From Candidatus Bathyarchaeota archaeon (lineage in GTDB: Archaea > Thermoproteota > Bathyarchaeia > Bathyarchaeales > Bathycorpusculaceae): DNA of 64,000 nucleotides. This document shows, piece after piece, positions 31,208 to 43,199 of the stretch; within the stretch, counting starts at the first letter, position 1, and each line of letters begins with the position of its first letter. The notes below the pieces were generated by a model that saw nothing but the letters and a program-made list of their open reading frames with translations, was not told where the DNA came from and did no database searches. The stretch covers positions 96,001 to 160,000 of the forward strand of contig CAWDYC010000009.1 in the NCBI GenBank assembly GCA_963806535.1, read 5' to 3'. The position numbers and the translations under genes were made by a program.

Positions 31208-31385
31208 AAAATTCAGTTCCTAAAAACATAATGCGGCTAATCCGCAAATAGTTAATTGTTATTTACAGTAATTAACTTTTCACTTGACAAACAATTAGCT
31301 GAAACTGTGCCTTTTGGTAAATGGCTAACACCCAATTATGCGGTGAAATTAAATATTCTTTGATTGGTTACCAGTCTGAAAAGAA

Positions 31386-32666
31386 TTAGGTTTTCCTTTT
31401 CTCTATTTCAAAATTCTGTTTTAGAAACACCATGGAATTAGCTGGCAAATCTCGCTCAACCATAAAGTTTGGTCCCACCCAACTATTGACGCCTACCTTT
31501 ACGCCAGGCATAAACAACGACTTAATTCCCGTTTTCACGTTGTCGCCCAGCACTGCGCCGAGTTTTCTTCTGCCAGTGTTAACCAACTGGTCTTTTACCA
31601 TCATTTTGATTGAGCCAGCATCTAAACGGTAATTAGCCATAACAGTGCCTGCGCCCAAATTGCAGTGCTCACCAAGAATGCTGTCGCCAACATAAGATAA
31701 ATGTCCAACATGAGTGTTGTCCATAATGATGCTATTTTTGATTTCGCAAGCGTTGCCTACACGAACATTTTTGCCTAAACTTGTCCCAGGTCGAATGTAA
31801 CAATTAGGTCCAATGTCGCATTCTTCATCGATAAAGCAGGGTCCTTCAATATATGCGCCGGAACGAATACGAGCTGATTCTGCAACTGAAACTGGACCGA
31901 TCAGGTGAGCACCTTGTTCAATTGTTCCCAAAACTTGGAGATCCATGCGTTTAAGCGCCCAATTGTTAGCGTCAAGCAAATCCCAAGGTCTGCCCACATC
32001 AAACCAGTCGTCTTTTGAGAGTTCGGCAGCTAAAACCGTTTTGCCCTCACTTGCAAGCATTGTTACTGCGTCAGTGAGTTCCATTTCGCCTCGGATTGAA
32101 TTTTTTGTTTGTTTTATTTTGTTGAAAATCTCTTGAGAAAAAACGTAGACTCCAGCGTTGGCTAAGTTTGACGGAGCTTTTCCAGCAGCAGGTTTCTCTA
32201 CTATCCGCTTAACCTTTTTCTGGTTATCAAATTCTATTATACCGTAGCTTTCAGGTTTATCAACGGGCACAACACCCATGACCGCAGAGGTTTTCTCCAG
32301 CTTATAGGACTGCAAAACTTTCTTAACAGTATCTAAACCAAACAATAAGTCACCATAGATGAGAACAAAATCGCCATCCACATAAGATTCAGATACTGCT
32401 GTAGCGTTTCCAGTACCGAGAATCTTTTCTTGCTCAGCATAACTAATTTTTAAGCCAAGAATTTCACCGTCACCAAAGTATTCGCGAATTGCATCACCCA
32501 TATAATGAGTAACAATTAATACCTCAGTTATTCCAGCGTTCTTTACGGCTTCCAAGCAAAACTGCAAAATTGGTTTTCCACCAACCTTAATCAAATGCTT
32601 AGGACGCGTCGCTGTTATCGGCAAAAGCCTAACGCCTTCGCCAGCCGCAAGTAATACTGCTTTCAT
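31386..32666 (-). CDS. glmU: Bifunctional sugar-1-phosphate nucleotidylyltransferase/acetyltransferase (archaeal GlmU)
   Basis: LAAGEGVRL..PK, RGEMELTD, hexapeptide repeats, HLSYVGDS. Confidence 0.92.
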   Translation of the reverse strand: MKAVLLAAGEGVRLLPITATRPKHLIKVGGKPILQFCLEAVKNAGITEVLIVTHYMGDAIREYFGDGEILGLKISYAEQEKILGTGNATAVSESYVDGDFVLIYGDLLFGLDTVKKVLQSYKLEKTSAVMGVVPVDKPESYGIIEFDNQKKVKRIVEKPAAGKAPSNLANAGVYVFSQEIFNKIKQTKNSIRGEMELTDAVTMLASEGKTVLAAELSKDDWFDVGRPWDLLDANNWALKRMDLQVLGTIEQGAHLIGPVSVAESARIRSGAYIEGPCFIDEECDIGPNCYIRPGTSLGKNVRVGNACEIKNSIIMDNTHVGHLSYVGDSILGEHCNLGAGTVMANYRLDAGSIKMMVKDQLVNTGRRKLGAVLGDNVKTGIKSLFMPGVKVGVNSWVGPNFMVERDLPANSMVFLKQNFEIEKRKT

Positions 32667-34032
32667 TTCGATTCAGCCTCAACTTGTTTCTTTATTAGTG
32701 CATTAGCCTTTTGAGTTATATTATTTGCCACTGCTAACGATTCTCCTTCAACAGTTAAACGGATTAAAGGTTCAGTTCCCGAAGCTCGAATCAGCAACCA
32801 ACCCTCTTTTAACGCTAATCTAACACCGTCAACCGTTGAAAAGTCAAGGTAAGTTGGAAAAGCAATTTTTAACGCGCACGCCGATTTTTTCAACAATTTT
32901 ATATTTTAGTTCATTTTTGCAATCGATATTTTCGCGTTTTGTAACGTACTCTGGAACTTCAGAGATAAATTGGCTTAAGGTCTTGTTTTCTTTTTCGAGC
33001 GCCATCAACATTAGTGCCGCAGAAAGGGGACCATCAGGGCAAAAGTGATACTTCGGATGTACCCATGCGCCACATGGTTCGCCTCCGAAAACTGCGCCCG
33101 ATTGCTTGATGGCTTCTGAAACATAAATGTCTCCAACTTTGGTGCGGATAACCTTGCCTCCTTGCGCTTGCACCATTGTTTCAACACACATTGATGCTTC
33201 AACATTTGTTACCACTGTACCACCGTTACGTCCCTTCAGTGAATAAGCAGCATAAGCAGCCAGCGAACGGTCAAAGTTAACAAAAACACCTTTCTCATCA
33301 ACAAAAGCTACTCGGTCGCCGTCTCCGTCAAAGGCAATACCCAACGTCAGCACCAAGCGCTTTGACAACGTTTGCCAAATCTTGAAGAGATTCAGCGGTC
33401 GGCTCAGATTTTCGAGCTGGGAAATAGCCGTCTGGTTGAGCGTTTAGAGAAGTTACTTTGCACCCAAGGTCTTTGAGCATTTCTGGGGCAACGCTGCAAG
33501 TAGCCCCGCATCCTGGATCAACTACAACTCGCCATTGCTTTTTGAGTACAACAGCTTTCATGGCCATTTCCAAGATAAATTTGTGCTGCGTCAACTGAAG
33601 TGTTTTTGCCAAGATTACGCCAATCTGCCAATTTAAACGTTCCTTTTAACACAATTTTTTCTACAGCATCTTGGTCTTCGTCAGTGTAGGATAAGGTGTC
33701 ATTTCTGAACACTTTTATTCCGTTATATTGCGGAGGATTATGTGAAGCTGTAAGCATGAAACCGACGTCAGCACCAAACGCTTTGGTGGCGTAAGCTAAA
33801 GTGGGAGTGGGAACAATTCCTGCCAAAAGAACGTTTGTGCCAGTTGACAGCAGACGCAGAAACTAAAGCGTCTTCAAGCATGGGTCCTGAAACTCTTGTG
33901 TCACGGGCTACAAGTGCCAATTTGGCTTTTGCATGTGCTAGCTACCGCTAAACCAACCTTGCAAGCGAGTTGCGGTGTTAAGTCAACATTTGCTAAGCCT
34001 CTTACGCCTGAGCTTCCGAACAATTTAGCCAT
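32663..34032 (-). CDS. glmM: Phosphoglucosamine mutase / phosphohexomutase (frameshifted)
   Basis: LFGSSGVRG, TASHNP, FDGDGDR, RASGTEP; adjacent to glmU. Confidence 0.9.
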
Positions 34033-34107
34033 CATTTTGCGCCTTTGAAACGTATATTATTACTTTCATGCTAGAGTTTTGTTGCTTAAAATATTTGGCT
34101 TTTAGCT

Positions 34108-35191
34108 CTAAATATTATTCTTAATAAACAGGGAAAGTTTAGCCCAACTTGGATGTTTGCCTTCAGGGTCTGAAAGGTAGCAGGCGGAAACAGCGTTTGC
34201 AAACATTAAACGGCACTCATCCGACAAGCCGTTTCTGTCGCCCAATTATGTTTCCTGCGTCCCAAGCATCACCTGCTCCAGTTGCCCGCAAAACTTTAAC
34301 CTTGAACGAAGGCACTATAACCTCGGTTTTGCCTTTTAAACTGGCAGAAAAAGCTGTCGTGTGCAAATCAATTCTTGCTGTCAGATCCCGTGCCAAAATT
34401 CGCGCAGCCTCCATCGCTAATTCGGCAAACTCCAAATCCATTTTGCTATCATTCAGACTCTTGTCAATTAATGAAGCGTAAACTATTGCCTCATTCTCGT
34501 TTACACTTAAAATATCGATTTTGTTGGATTTCAAAACAGTTTCTATCAACTCATAGACTTTGCCAATATTAGGCGTTGGATCTGCTGTGTCATAGTAAGT
34601 TTTACCTTTACCTTTCGCTTTGACTCTGTCAAAAACCGCTTGCGCAAATGCTGTTCCGAATTTTAAGGTTCCCGCCCAGTTAAAAACGCAGGTATAATCA
34701 GCAGAGTCTATCAAAACGTAATCAGCCTCATCAAGATCGTTTGGTCCAAAATCAACTAAAGAGCCTAAATCGCGTATCATGACATTGTTTTTCTCATTTT
34801 TGTTTTTGAACTCTAATGCAGTGGTTATTGAAGCTTTTTCGTGAATTTTAATATGCGAAGTATCGATGGGGATTTCTTTGAAGTAGTATCTTATTTGTTG
34901 CAGTCCAGATTGGCTCGTGCAGACAATCGGAGTAACCTTCGCACCTAAATTGGCGAGAGCTGATGCCACATTAATTGCGTTTCCTCCCCTCAGATCAGTT
35001 TGGGGTATGCCGTCGATGCTGCCACCTTTGCGTTTAACTACCTCACCAACTAAGTTTGAAAACTCTGTAAAGTTCCAGTTCAGATTAATGAGCCGATCAA
35101 GAAAGAAATCAGGTAAAACAACGACTTTACATTCTTTAGGATTGTTCTGCAAAAAATTTTTGAGTTCTTTTTTCCATGCTGCAGTGTTCAA
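34108..35191 (-). CDS. PfkB-family carbohydrate kinase (frameshift near 3' end)
   Basis: GGNAINVA, SVNENEA, ATGAGDAWDAG. Confidence 0.88.
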
Positions 35192-35285
35192 CAGAAGGAC
35201 CTGTAAGGGTTTATTTCCACAAAGCTAAAATAACCTTTTGATTTTAAGTGGGTACGGGATTGAAAGGGTCTGGGAGTAAGGGAGA

Positions 35286-35501
35286 ATGAACTTTAAGACA
35301 GAAGTTTGTCTGTTAGCATTTGCAATTACGTTATTTATGGTGAGCGCTTTCTTCTTTTCATATCAAAGCGGCAATGCAACTTATCTTTACTTAGCGTCTT
35401 ATCCATATCGAGGGTATGCGCTTGCGTTTGTCGGTTTTGGCTCACTTCTTATGGTAACTGCATCGCTCTCTTACACAAAACGGAGCAAAAACGTCCTCTA
35501 A
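35286..35501 (+). CDS. Small two-TM membrane protein
   Basis: 71-aa ORF, two hydrophobic helices around YPYRGYA; GGAG SD. Confidence 0.6.
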   Translation: MNFKTEVCLLAFAITLFMVSAFFFSYQSGNATYLYLASYPYRGYALAFVGFGSLLMVTASLSYTKRSKNVL

Positions 35502-35702
35502 GTAATTTTATTTTTCATAACTAATTGGCTGACGTCTCTTTTCTAAATATGTGGTTTCAGATAGAGCTGTAGAATTCATTGACCTTGAGGGTGTCAAGCA
35601 GACTTTTGTTTTTGAAATATGAAGATGCTTTCCCTAAGTATATAGAATATATAAACAAAAAATAGTTGCATTTCAAACTCATTCAAGAACTAAATACGCT
35701 CT

Positions 35703-36510
35703 TTAGCCGATGATAACTCTAACAACGAACCAGATTACGTCGCCAAATAGTAAAGCAACAATTAAACCTAAAGTTATGAATATTAGCATAGGTAAACCAG
35801 GGGTTGCCCAAACATAATTATCAATTTTTCCCGTTTTTGCAGCGTTTGATAGGCGGTCGACAATTTCATCCCTTCCTTCATCATGTGGAACAACTACCAG
35901 CTTCCTTTCCAAACCATTCTCCCCGTCTTTATAATCTTCCATCGGAAAAACATGCCATTTAGCCTGCAATTTAGCAACCGGTGACTTTGTAACCGGTTAT
36001 TAAAACAAGTATTTTTTTTCCAATTGATTCTTGGGCAAGAGTTCCTGTAAACATTTTTTTACCCATTTTTTTGTGCCAAACAACATTTCGCCCTATCATG
36101 TAAATGCCAGTGGCTGCGGCGAACAAGACGCCGTTACTAAAAATGGTTAATGGAAAAATAAACTGAGAAGTAGGCGAGATTCCAAAAATTGGAGTGAAAA
36201 ACGTTGGAGCAAAAGGCAAAGCAACAGCGATGCACATCAGGGCTTTAGAATCAGCGCCGCCGAATCCACCAGTGTAAAAAAGCAGGAATGCGAGACCAAT
36301 GGTTAACCCCACGCTTACGCCGAATAAAAGCAGTTTTGAAGGGTCATAGAGCAGGAATTCTGCAAGGGAAAGCGCAAGTGCGATAGGAGCATAAATTACC
36401 CATACTCGGTTACTTACTTCGCGGGTTTTAAAGTCGCTCCATGAAGCATAAATAAGGATAACAGCTGTAACTGCGATTCTTGCCGCGACGAAGATCATTT
36501 CAAATGTCAA
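35703..36510 (-). CDS. Prepilin/preflagellin peptidase, A24 family (FlaK/PibD-like; frameshift ~35970)
   Basis: ASWSDFKTREV, GGADSK catalytic Asp motifs; C-terminal VWATPGLPM. Confidence 0.9.
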
Positions 36511-36639
36511 TATTTAATCCCTGAAATACGTCAATTTTCCTTTCCATCTTAAGCCTGTTCATTCGATATTTATCGTATATGAATCATTAATACTTATTAA
36601 AAAATATGCAGCGAACCCTTTTCCTAAAAAAAGTCACCA

Positions 36640-37611
36640 TTACACTTTACCAAGTTGATTCAAAGGCAAAAGGCAGTTTGGAATGAATGGTGATTGTTTT
36701 AGAAGTGTTGGATTTAAGAGACTGTTCTTTTTTTTCGCAAACATGGCGGCTGCTAGGACTACGATCATCGAGACAATTAGCGTTATTATTAGTGGTTGTG
36801 CTGGATACTCTGGAACTGTAGGGTCGGTTGAAGTCGAGGTTTTAAGGGTTGGTGTTGGAGAAACGGTTGGTGTAAGAGTAGACGTTGGAGTTGAATAAGG
36901 TGGAAAAGTTGCTGTTGGAGTAGGGTCAGAGGATGTAGAGGTTGGTGTCGGGGTCGGAGTATCCGTGGTAGTTGGAGTAGGTGTAGGCGATTGTGTTGGC
37001 GTTGGCGTTGGTGTGTCAGTGGGTGTTGGAGTTGGAGAAGTAGCTAGGGCATAAGTTGCATAAATACTAACAATGTCGCTACCTGAATAAGTTGGATTTG
37101 GAACAAAAGGATCAGGAAGATTATTGAAAGTCAAATTGTCGTTAGTCCAAGTGAAAACATGAGTAGCGTCATTATCACCGTCCCAATAGAAATTGAAATC
37201 TCCAGAAGCAAAAACACCAAGCCAATAGACTGTATTAGGAGAACCGACATAATTAAGCGTGAAATTTACCCAATCCGGGTTATTTCCTACTAATACCTTT
37301 GTACTTGAAACCAAAAACCCAAAAGAACTGTTGTAAATGCAGACAGAAGCGTTCACTGGATCGGAAACCGCATTCATGTAAACTGACAACTGGGTAATTG
37401 TACCTAAATCAGATGGACTTGTGTAATTACAAAGAATTATTGGCGAAACTGAACTAAAGTCTAAAGCATTATCGGAATAAGAACCGGCAACAGAGTATCC
37501 AAAGATATTTGGTGACTGAGCCTCAAGTTTAGGGACATAAAGAGCAGAAAATGACAAACACAAAATCAAAACTAACACAGCGCAAAGAATTCTACGCAAT
37601 TCAAACACCAA
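36640..37611 (-). CDS. Secreted surface protein with Pro/Thr linker and PEF-CTERM-like sorting signal
   Basis: Signal peptide, (TP)n tract, VPEYP + TM + KKK. Confidence 0.75.
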   Translation of the reverse strand: MVFELRRILCAVLVLILCLSFSALYVPKLEAQSPNIFGYSVAGSYSDNALDFSSVSPIILCNYTSPSDLGTITQLSVYMNAVSDPVNASVCIYNSSFGFLVSSTKVLVGNNPDWVNFTLNYVGSPNTVYWLGVFASGDFNFYWDGDNDATHVFTWTNDNLTFNNLPDPFVPNPTYSGSDIVSIYATYALATSPTPTPTDTPTPTPTQSPTPTPTTTDTPTPTPTSTSSDPTPTATFPPYSTPTSTLTPTVSPTPTLKTSTSTDPTVPEYPAQPLIITLIVSMIVVLAAAMFAKKKNSLLNPTLLKQSPFIPNCLLPLNQLGKV

Positions 37612-37695
37612 CCTTTATCACCTCAAACTCATCAATCGTATATGCCAAAGTCGACACAAAACATTCAGAAAGCCCAAAAAAAGTAGTACCCATAA

Positions 37696-40600
37696 TTATG
37701 CCCCCTTTATTGCATCAACTATTATAGCCCAATTATTCGATGACCCCAGAGTGTAACTTACACCGAGATTTGTTTGAGCTGTGGTGACGGTCTTATATTC
37801 TGCTCCAACCTCTGGATCGAATGACGTGACTGACCCTATTGATGTGAAACCGGTTCCGGCTGTAAGCGATATTGAGGCGTGTCGGACTCCTACCGCACCT
37901 ATAATGAAATCGGCATTGTTAGTAGAGATGGTCGCGGTTGCAGGGCTTGTACTTCCAGTATTTGTAATTGGAGTCGCTACGTCAAAAGGTGATGCTGTGT
38001 TGGCTCCGCTTACGGCGTAAGCTACAACTGATGAAGTTGAAGATCCACTAAGGTTAATAGTAATTGTTATCGCGCCAATAGATGACTCATGGGCCCAAAA
38101 TGCTTGCAAAGTTCTAGTTCCCGAAATTGCAACGTTAGCTCCTCTTTGGGCCCAAGTAAGTCCACCACCAGATATAGTTGCGGTATTGGAGGATCCGGTT
38201 GAAACTACAACGTAGAGTATGTCATTTGCTTTAGTTGTGGTAAATGAAACAGTGTACGAACTACTACCTCCAGTTGACGCTGTATTTGATACGTCGAGTG
38301 CGGGTGGTACTGGTGCTGGATTCACGTTGAATGCATTGCTTGTAGTGGTGTGGCCACTGCCATCGTTAGCAGTGATGGTGATTCCTGAGCCAACCGTGTT
38401 AAGCGTCACTAATCCCGTCCATACGCCGCTCGACCAGCCGCTAGTGCCTGTGCTGGTAGGATTGATTGTTCCGCTGGAAACCGAAATGCCAACTGAACTT
38501 CCATAGTTTGCAACAGTGTTACCATATGCGTCCTTAGCTGTAACCGTTATGCTGAAAGCTGAACCACTAGTCTGAGGGCTACTGATAGGGTTCAAGATGA
38601 AATGGTCAAGTGTCCCATAATAGCCTAATGTTACTGTTTGAGATAAGGCCATAGTAACTGGGTTATTTGTGTAACTACTGAAGGTGCAGCCATTGTAAGG
38701 GCTCTGTGGACTGCTGACAGTTACAGTTGAAGAAGCATCGGTCCATTGAGTCCAGGGAGTTGTATGCTGTTCGTTCGTGTGCGTAGTCCCACCAATTTTG
38801 TAGGTAACTGCAAAAGTTCCACCCACTGCTCCACTGGGGCTAGATGTCACAGTAACTTGGTATTGATGTATCCACGAAGCGGTCTCGGTGATAGCAGCAT
38901 TCATAGTTACTGCGTTTGTGCCTGGATTATTTGTGCCTGTGTAGCTTCCGGAGCCTGTTCCTGTCCAACCGTTCCAAACATATTGCTCACCTATGCCTAC
39001 GCCTGGAGCAGCAGCCGAGATCGTTGCTGTCGAACCAGCACTATACCATCCTGATCCAGTTGTCGATCCAAAACCGGAAGTTACATTCATGTAATATTGT
39101 GTTGTGTAGCTACCTGTAACAGTTTGTGCAGAAATAATTCCTGTCAAAGGGGAAACTGGACTAATTGTCCCAACAACAAACTGCTTGCTCAAAGTTGTGC
39201 TTGAAATTGATGCGTTGAAATTGTAGACAAGTCTGTCACCGTTATTCACCCATGCATTGTATGGCAAACCTGAGTATGAAACGTTAGTACCATTGACGGT
39301 CAAAACATTTCCGGAAGCTGTTGAGGCATCCAAACCAGCTTGATTGAATGTTACCATCCATTGGATTCCATAGTTGGCTGTGACTGTGGCGCTTGATGTT
39401 GGCACTGTGTAAGTATGTGTTTGGGCTCCACCATCACTCCATGATGCCCATACATATTGTTTACCATTTCCCGCAGAAACCGAGTTTGGTACTGTTAGTG
39501 TATGATTTGAACCAGCGGGCCAACTGAATGAAGAAGGAAGCGTTGTTGAGGTGTAAGGTGTTGAATCAACCGTTAGAATTGGCGAGTTACCTGTGTCACT
39601 GCTGAGTCCACTGGTTTGAAATGAAATGGTTTCCAAAGGAGGTAAGGTAAAGATTGCCGATGCAGAATTAGAACTCATGTCAGTTGCAACGACTGTGTAA
39701 AATCCAGGCGTGGAAGTTCCAACAGTGAATGTAATTCCTAAAGGTAGTTCTCCATAGGGAGTAACTGTGACTGTGTCAACGGTGTTCCCGTTAAATGTAA
39801 TTCTTATTTGTGAGCTCGGTATAAAACCGCCACCTGAAACTGTGACCGTGGTGCCTGTTGGCCCAGATGAAGGTGAGAGCGTTATTGAAGTCGCGGCAGA
39901 AGATTGAGGGCTAACTGTTACTGAAGGCGGTTGTTCTACGACAGGCCACACGCCCAAAGTTCCGTTGTTAACGCAGATGGGATTTACGCCATTAAAGGTA
40001 TCAACGGCCCCAAACCAAGTTAAATCCAGAGCTGATGTGAAGGAAACTGGGCCTGCAGAAGTAACAGGGTCAAGTTCAATGACGGGAATAGAACTGCTTA
40101 CATTAAGGGCACCAGTAACTTTGTTTGCCAGTGCATCAAAAGCATAAAGCTGTTGATTCGCACTATCTGAGAACATTATCCCCGTTCCTTGCAATGCATT
40201 ATTAATTAGTTGGCTCCAATGATTGGCATTTCCAGTGTTGTAGAAAATTCCTGTTCCATTTGTAACTTTAGGAACTCCATTTATTAGAGTTCCGTTCTCA
40301 GTCATGGCTTGTACTGGGCTTATCGAAGTTGTCAATTGAATTGGGCTGATATCTTTGATGTTTCTCGCCACCATTGCTGAGTTTATGAACATTAATCTAA
40401 GTTGGTAAGTGTAAAATGTCGCGTTGGCGGGAAGCGTAAATACTATTTGAGAGTAAACATTCGGGTAGTTGGTAGTTCCGGAACAGTTCCATTCTGCTTC
40501 TTCTTGTACAATATCTCGCACTACCCCATGATCTATTATGTATGCAGGCGAACCAGATCCATACTGGCTAGCGTTCCCATCAATACGCATGAAATTTGCA

Positions 40601-41844
40601 CTGCTACTCACATTCCCTACTGTCGATTTTATTTGGAGGAGATAGTATGGATAACTTGCTTGAAAGATATTGTTTTTTGGATAACTGATTTGCAGGGTCA
40701 TGTTTCCGTTTGAAAGAGTTCCAGTTCCAGCTAGGGGGTTGTCACCAGTGAAATAGGTATCCGTGTAGGCTGCAGATGGCTGAATTGCAGTGTCACTGCC
40801 GTTCCACCATAAAGTTAATTGCGAAATTGAAGGGGTTACCTCAAAAACTATCATTTGGCTATTGCTAAAGATCGTGTAATTGCTACTCATGCTTAACGGA
40901 ATCTGATACTGCGATGCCCAATCTTCTACTTGAAATGGAAGATCTGAAGTGTATCCAGTTTGACATAAATGCAGAGAAGATATTGAAATAGGAGGAATTG
41001 GTCTCGTCTGAGTTGTATTCAATAGACCTTGTCCGAACCATCGCATGGTTCCGTTCTGCAATAATTCAACAACCACTGGAGCAGGGGCGGTTTGCGCTGA
41101 AAAAGTAAAGTTCATGTTGTAGCTGTTAAATGAAGATGCTTCAACCATTATTCCACGTGAATCCGTCACTTGAACCATATATGCCGAGGAATCTATTCCA
41201 GAAGGAACGTTTATTAGATAAGTTCCGTTGGTCGAAATTGTTGGAGCCACGCTTGGACTTATAAGCTGCCAATTTGCAGTCGAATAATTGTAAAAATAAA
41301 AGTTGAAATTTTGTTGTCCCAAACTGGTTAAGGGTTCGGTTAAGTCTTGGGTTACGTTTAGGCGTACTTGATTGCCGTTTGGCGAATTAAGAATTTGAAC
41401 ACCTAAACTGCAAGACGTAGTATAGTTTATACCGTAAATGCCAAGGGCTGCTAGGTCATAAACGACTGAGAGTTTGCCTGTGCTTATGCTAGGATTTGAA
41501 AACCAATTGTTGCTAAGGCTCAGGCTCGTCATTTTTATCGTCTCTCCCAATGAGGGGTTCATGGTAGCGATGTATTGCAAAGCGCTATTCATGTAAGTCG
41601 TTGCGTTAGCGTAAGCGTAGGTTTGGTTACCTGTTACTTGAAGAATTGAGCCGTAATACCCTACGGTAAAGCCTAAGGCTTTTAGAAGCGCCCCGTTTGT
41701 CTGATCAGTTGCTGTTAATGTTTGAGGTGCTAGACTTTGGCTTGAACCATAACGGGCGGTTGCATAGACTGCTATTAATGTTCCTGCAAGAATTACAGCC
41801 ACAAGTAAAGCTGCAATGATAGAGAATGCTCCTCTATTGTTCAT
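37696..41844 (-). CDS. Large (~1380 aa) pilin-like adhesin with class III signal peptide and Ig-like repeats
   Basis: MNNRG|AFSIIAALLVAVIL; TIG-like LSPSSGPTGTTVTVSG; GSGWYSAGSTATISA repeat; FSITVTAKDAYGN Ig-like module. Confidence 0.75.
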   Translation of the reverse strand: MNNRGAFSIIAALLVAVILAGTLIAVYATARYGSSQSLAPQTLTATDQTNGALLKALGFTVGYYGSILQVTGNQTYAYANATTYMNSALQYIATMNPSLGETIKMTSLSLSNNWFSNPSISTGKLSVVYDLAALGIYGINYTTSCSLGVQILNSPNGNQVRLNVTQDLTEPLTSLGQQNFNFYFYNYSTANWQLISPSVAPTISTNGTYLINVPSGIDSSAYMVQVTDSRGIMVEASSFNSYNMNFTFSAQTAPAPVVVELLQNGTMRWFGQGLLNTTQTRPIPPISISSLHLCQTGYTSDLPFQVEDWASQYQIPLSMSSNYTIFSNSQMIVFEVTPSISQLTLWWNGSDTAIQPSAAYTDTYFTGDNPLAGTGTLSNGNMTLQISYPKNNIFQASYPYYLLQIKSTVGNVSSSANFMRIDGNASQYGSGSPAYIIDHGVVRDIVQEEAEWNCSGTTNYPNVYSQIVFTLPANATFYTYQLRLMFINSAMVARNIKDISPIQLTTSISPVQAMTENGTLINGVPKVTNGTGIFYNTGNANHWSQLINNALQGTGIMFSDSANQQLYAFDALANKVTGALNVSSSIPVIELDPVTSAGPVSFTSALDLTWFGAVDTFNGVNPICVNNGTLGVWPVVEQPPSVTVSPQSSAATSITLSPSSGPTGTTVTVSGGGFIPSSQIRITFNGNTVDTVTVTPYGELPLGITFTVGTSTPGFYTVVATDMSSNSASAIFTLPPLETISFQTSGLSSDTGNSPILTVDSTPYTSTTLPSSFSWPAGSNHTLTVPNSVSAGNGKQYVWASWSDGGAQTHTYTVPTSSATVTANYGIQWMVTFNQAGLDASTASGNVLTVNGTNVSYSGLPYNAWVNNGDRLVYNFNASISSTTLSKQFVVGTISPVSPLTGIISAQTVTGSYTTQYYMNVTSGFGSTTGSGWYSAGSTATISAAAPGVGIGEQYVWNGWTGTGSGSYTGTNNPGTNAVTMNAAITETASWIHQYQVTVTSSPSGAVGGTFAVTYKIGGTTHTNEQHTTPWTQWTDASSTVTVSSPQSPYNGCTFSSYTNNPVTMALSQTVTLGYYGTLDHFILNPISSPQTSGSAFSITVTAKDAYGNTVANYGSSVGISVSSGTINPTSTGTSGWSSGVWTGLVTLNTVGSGITITANDGSGHTTTSNAFNVNPAPVPPALDVSNTASTGGSSSYTVSFTTTKANDILYVVVSTGSSNTATISGGGLTWAQRGANVAISGTRTLQAFWAHESSIGAITITINLSGSSTSSVVAYAVSGANTASPFDVATPITNTGSTSPATATISTNNADFIIGAVGVRHASISLTAGTGFTSIGSVTSFDPEVGAEYKTVTTAQTNLGVSYTLGSSNNWAIIVDAIKGA

Positions 41845-41845
41845 T

Positions 41846-43198
41846 TTAGCCGCCTCCAACTGTCCCCAACTGCAATACCACAAGTCGGTTGGTTCCGCCG
41901 GCTGAATAAAGAGAACTATACTTAGCTGGTTGATAATCACACAAGATCCCTAATGCTGCCAGTCTAATGTCTGGGATTCTAGTCATTCCCAGCGCAAAAA
42001 ATCCACCTTGATAATTAGTTACTCCGTTTATGGTCCAATGATGTCTATATACTGTACCTGGATTACACAGGGTACCCGTAGTACTCGTGGGGTTAAACAA
42101 GTTGGTGCTGGCCGTTAAATTATACTGATTTCTTATTGAGTCAGGCAACGCACGTGTAGCGGTTTGGTAAGTTGAGGGATAAAGTCCATAATAATTACTC
42201 ATGCTTTGGGCAGTGTTGGTCAAAGTCACAGGACCTGGAGCTTGTGTGGACGAGCCTGCATAGTTGTAGTTTTGGTTGTCCAATCCTTCAAGAAAGGCAG
42301 TCAGACCTTGCGTAGTAACAGCGTTCATTCCATAAATGCCCCAGCTATTTTGAGTTGCACTAAGAAAACCCGTGTTTGTAACATAATAGAAGGGCCAACC
42401 GACTATGCTGACCCAAGTCCAATTGTATAATTGGGTAACTTTGCCCAAGGTGTAATCGTATTTGGCATAAGAACTTTGAACAGGGTCCCAACCTAAAGTG
42501 GAATTAAGCCCGGAACTGCTAAAATTTTGGGGTATTGGTACAGCTTCACCACAAGTATTGATAATGACTGAATTGTTTACGGCTTCTCCTTGTAGAGAAT
42601 GACCATTTATTAGTTGATTTAGTTGACTTGTGTTTTGAACCATTACGGTAGTGCTAAAGTAAGGTGCTAAAAGGCTGTATACTGTTTGAGCGAGACCGGA
42701 AGGCGTGTAACCTGTAATCCACCAGCCGGCAGTGTCGCTACAGTTCAAAATGTAAAGAGTTATTGGAGCTCCATTTGAGGTAATATTTTGGGGTGTGAAT
42801 CTATATGAGACATCTGATGAGGCTACTAGATATGAGGATGCATCAGAACCTACTCCGAGATTGGCTGCATTAGAAAATGAAGCAACGCTTGAATATAGAG
42901 GAGCTGCATTTGAAGCAGTATTTACGTTATAGACTGTGAGATTATAAACTACGTTCGCTGGCAATGCTGCCGAAAGTGCAACTTGAAGGTTACCCCATTT
43001 TGTAATGTTATTTGTTTGGAATGCTGCTGAGCTCAAATCGTAACGGGAGTCAAGTTCTTGCAGAGTAGTAAACGCAACCCTGTCCATTGCCACAGGAGAT
43101 ACTTTGCTTGGGGATGGAAGTGTAATGATACTTGAAGCTGCCACATATGCTACACCCAGAAATATTATGACTAGAAGAACTTCAACTGTTCGCATCAT
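41846..43198 (-). CDS. Pilin-like protein (450 aa)
   Basis: N-terminal MRTVEVLLVIIFL hydrophobic helix; operonic with ATPase and platform genes. Confidence 0.65.
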   Translation of the reverse strand: MMRTVEVLLVIIFLGVAYVAASSIITLPSPSKVSPVAMDRVAFTTLQELDSRYDLSSAAFQTNNITKWGNLQVALSAALPANVVYNLTVYNVNTASNAAPLYSSVASFSNAANLGVGSDASSYLVASSDVSYRFTPQNITSNGAPITLYILNCSDTAGWWITGYTPSGLAQTVYSLLAPYFSTTVMVQNTSQLNQLINGHSLQGEAVNNSVIINTCGEAVPIPQNFSSSGLNSTLGWDPVQSSYAKYDYTLGKVTQLYNWTWVSIVGWPFYYVTNTGFLSATQNSWGIYGMNAVTTQGLTAFLEGLDNQNYNYAGSSTQAPGPVTLTNTAQSMSNYYGLYPSTYQTATRALPDSIRNQYNLTASTNLFNPTSTTGTLCNPGTVYRHHWTINGVTNYQGGFFALGMTRIPDIRLAALGILCDYQPAKYSSLYSAGGTNRLVVLQLGTVGGG

Positions 43199-43199
43199 A

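Noticed and set aside
36830-37040. Tandem GGTGTT/GGAGTT repeats (also ~4620-4750) as CRISPR or VNTR
   Set aside because: They encode Pro/Thr linkers of surface proteins; no repeat-spacer structure.
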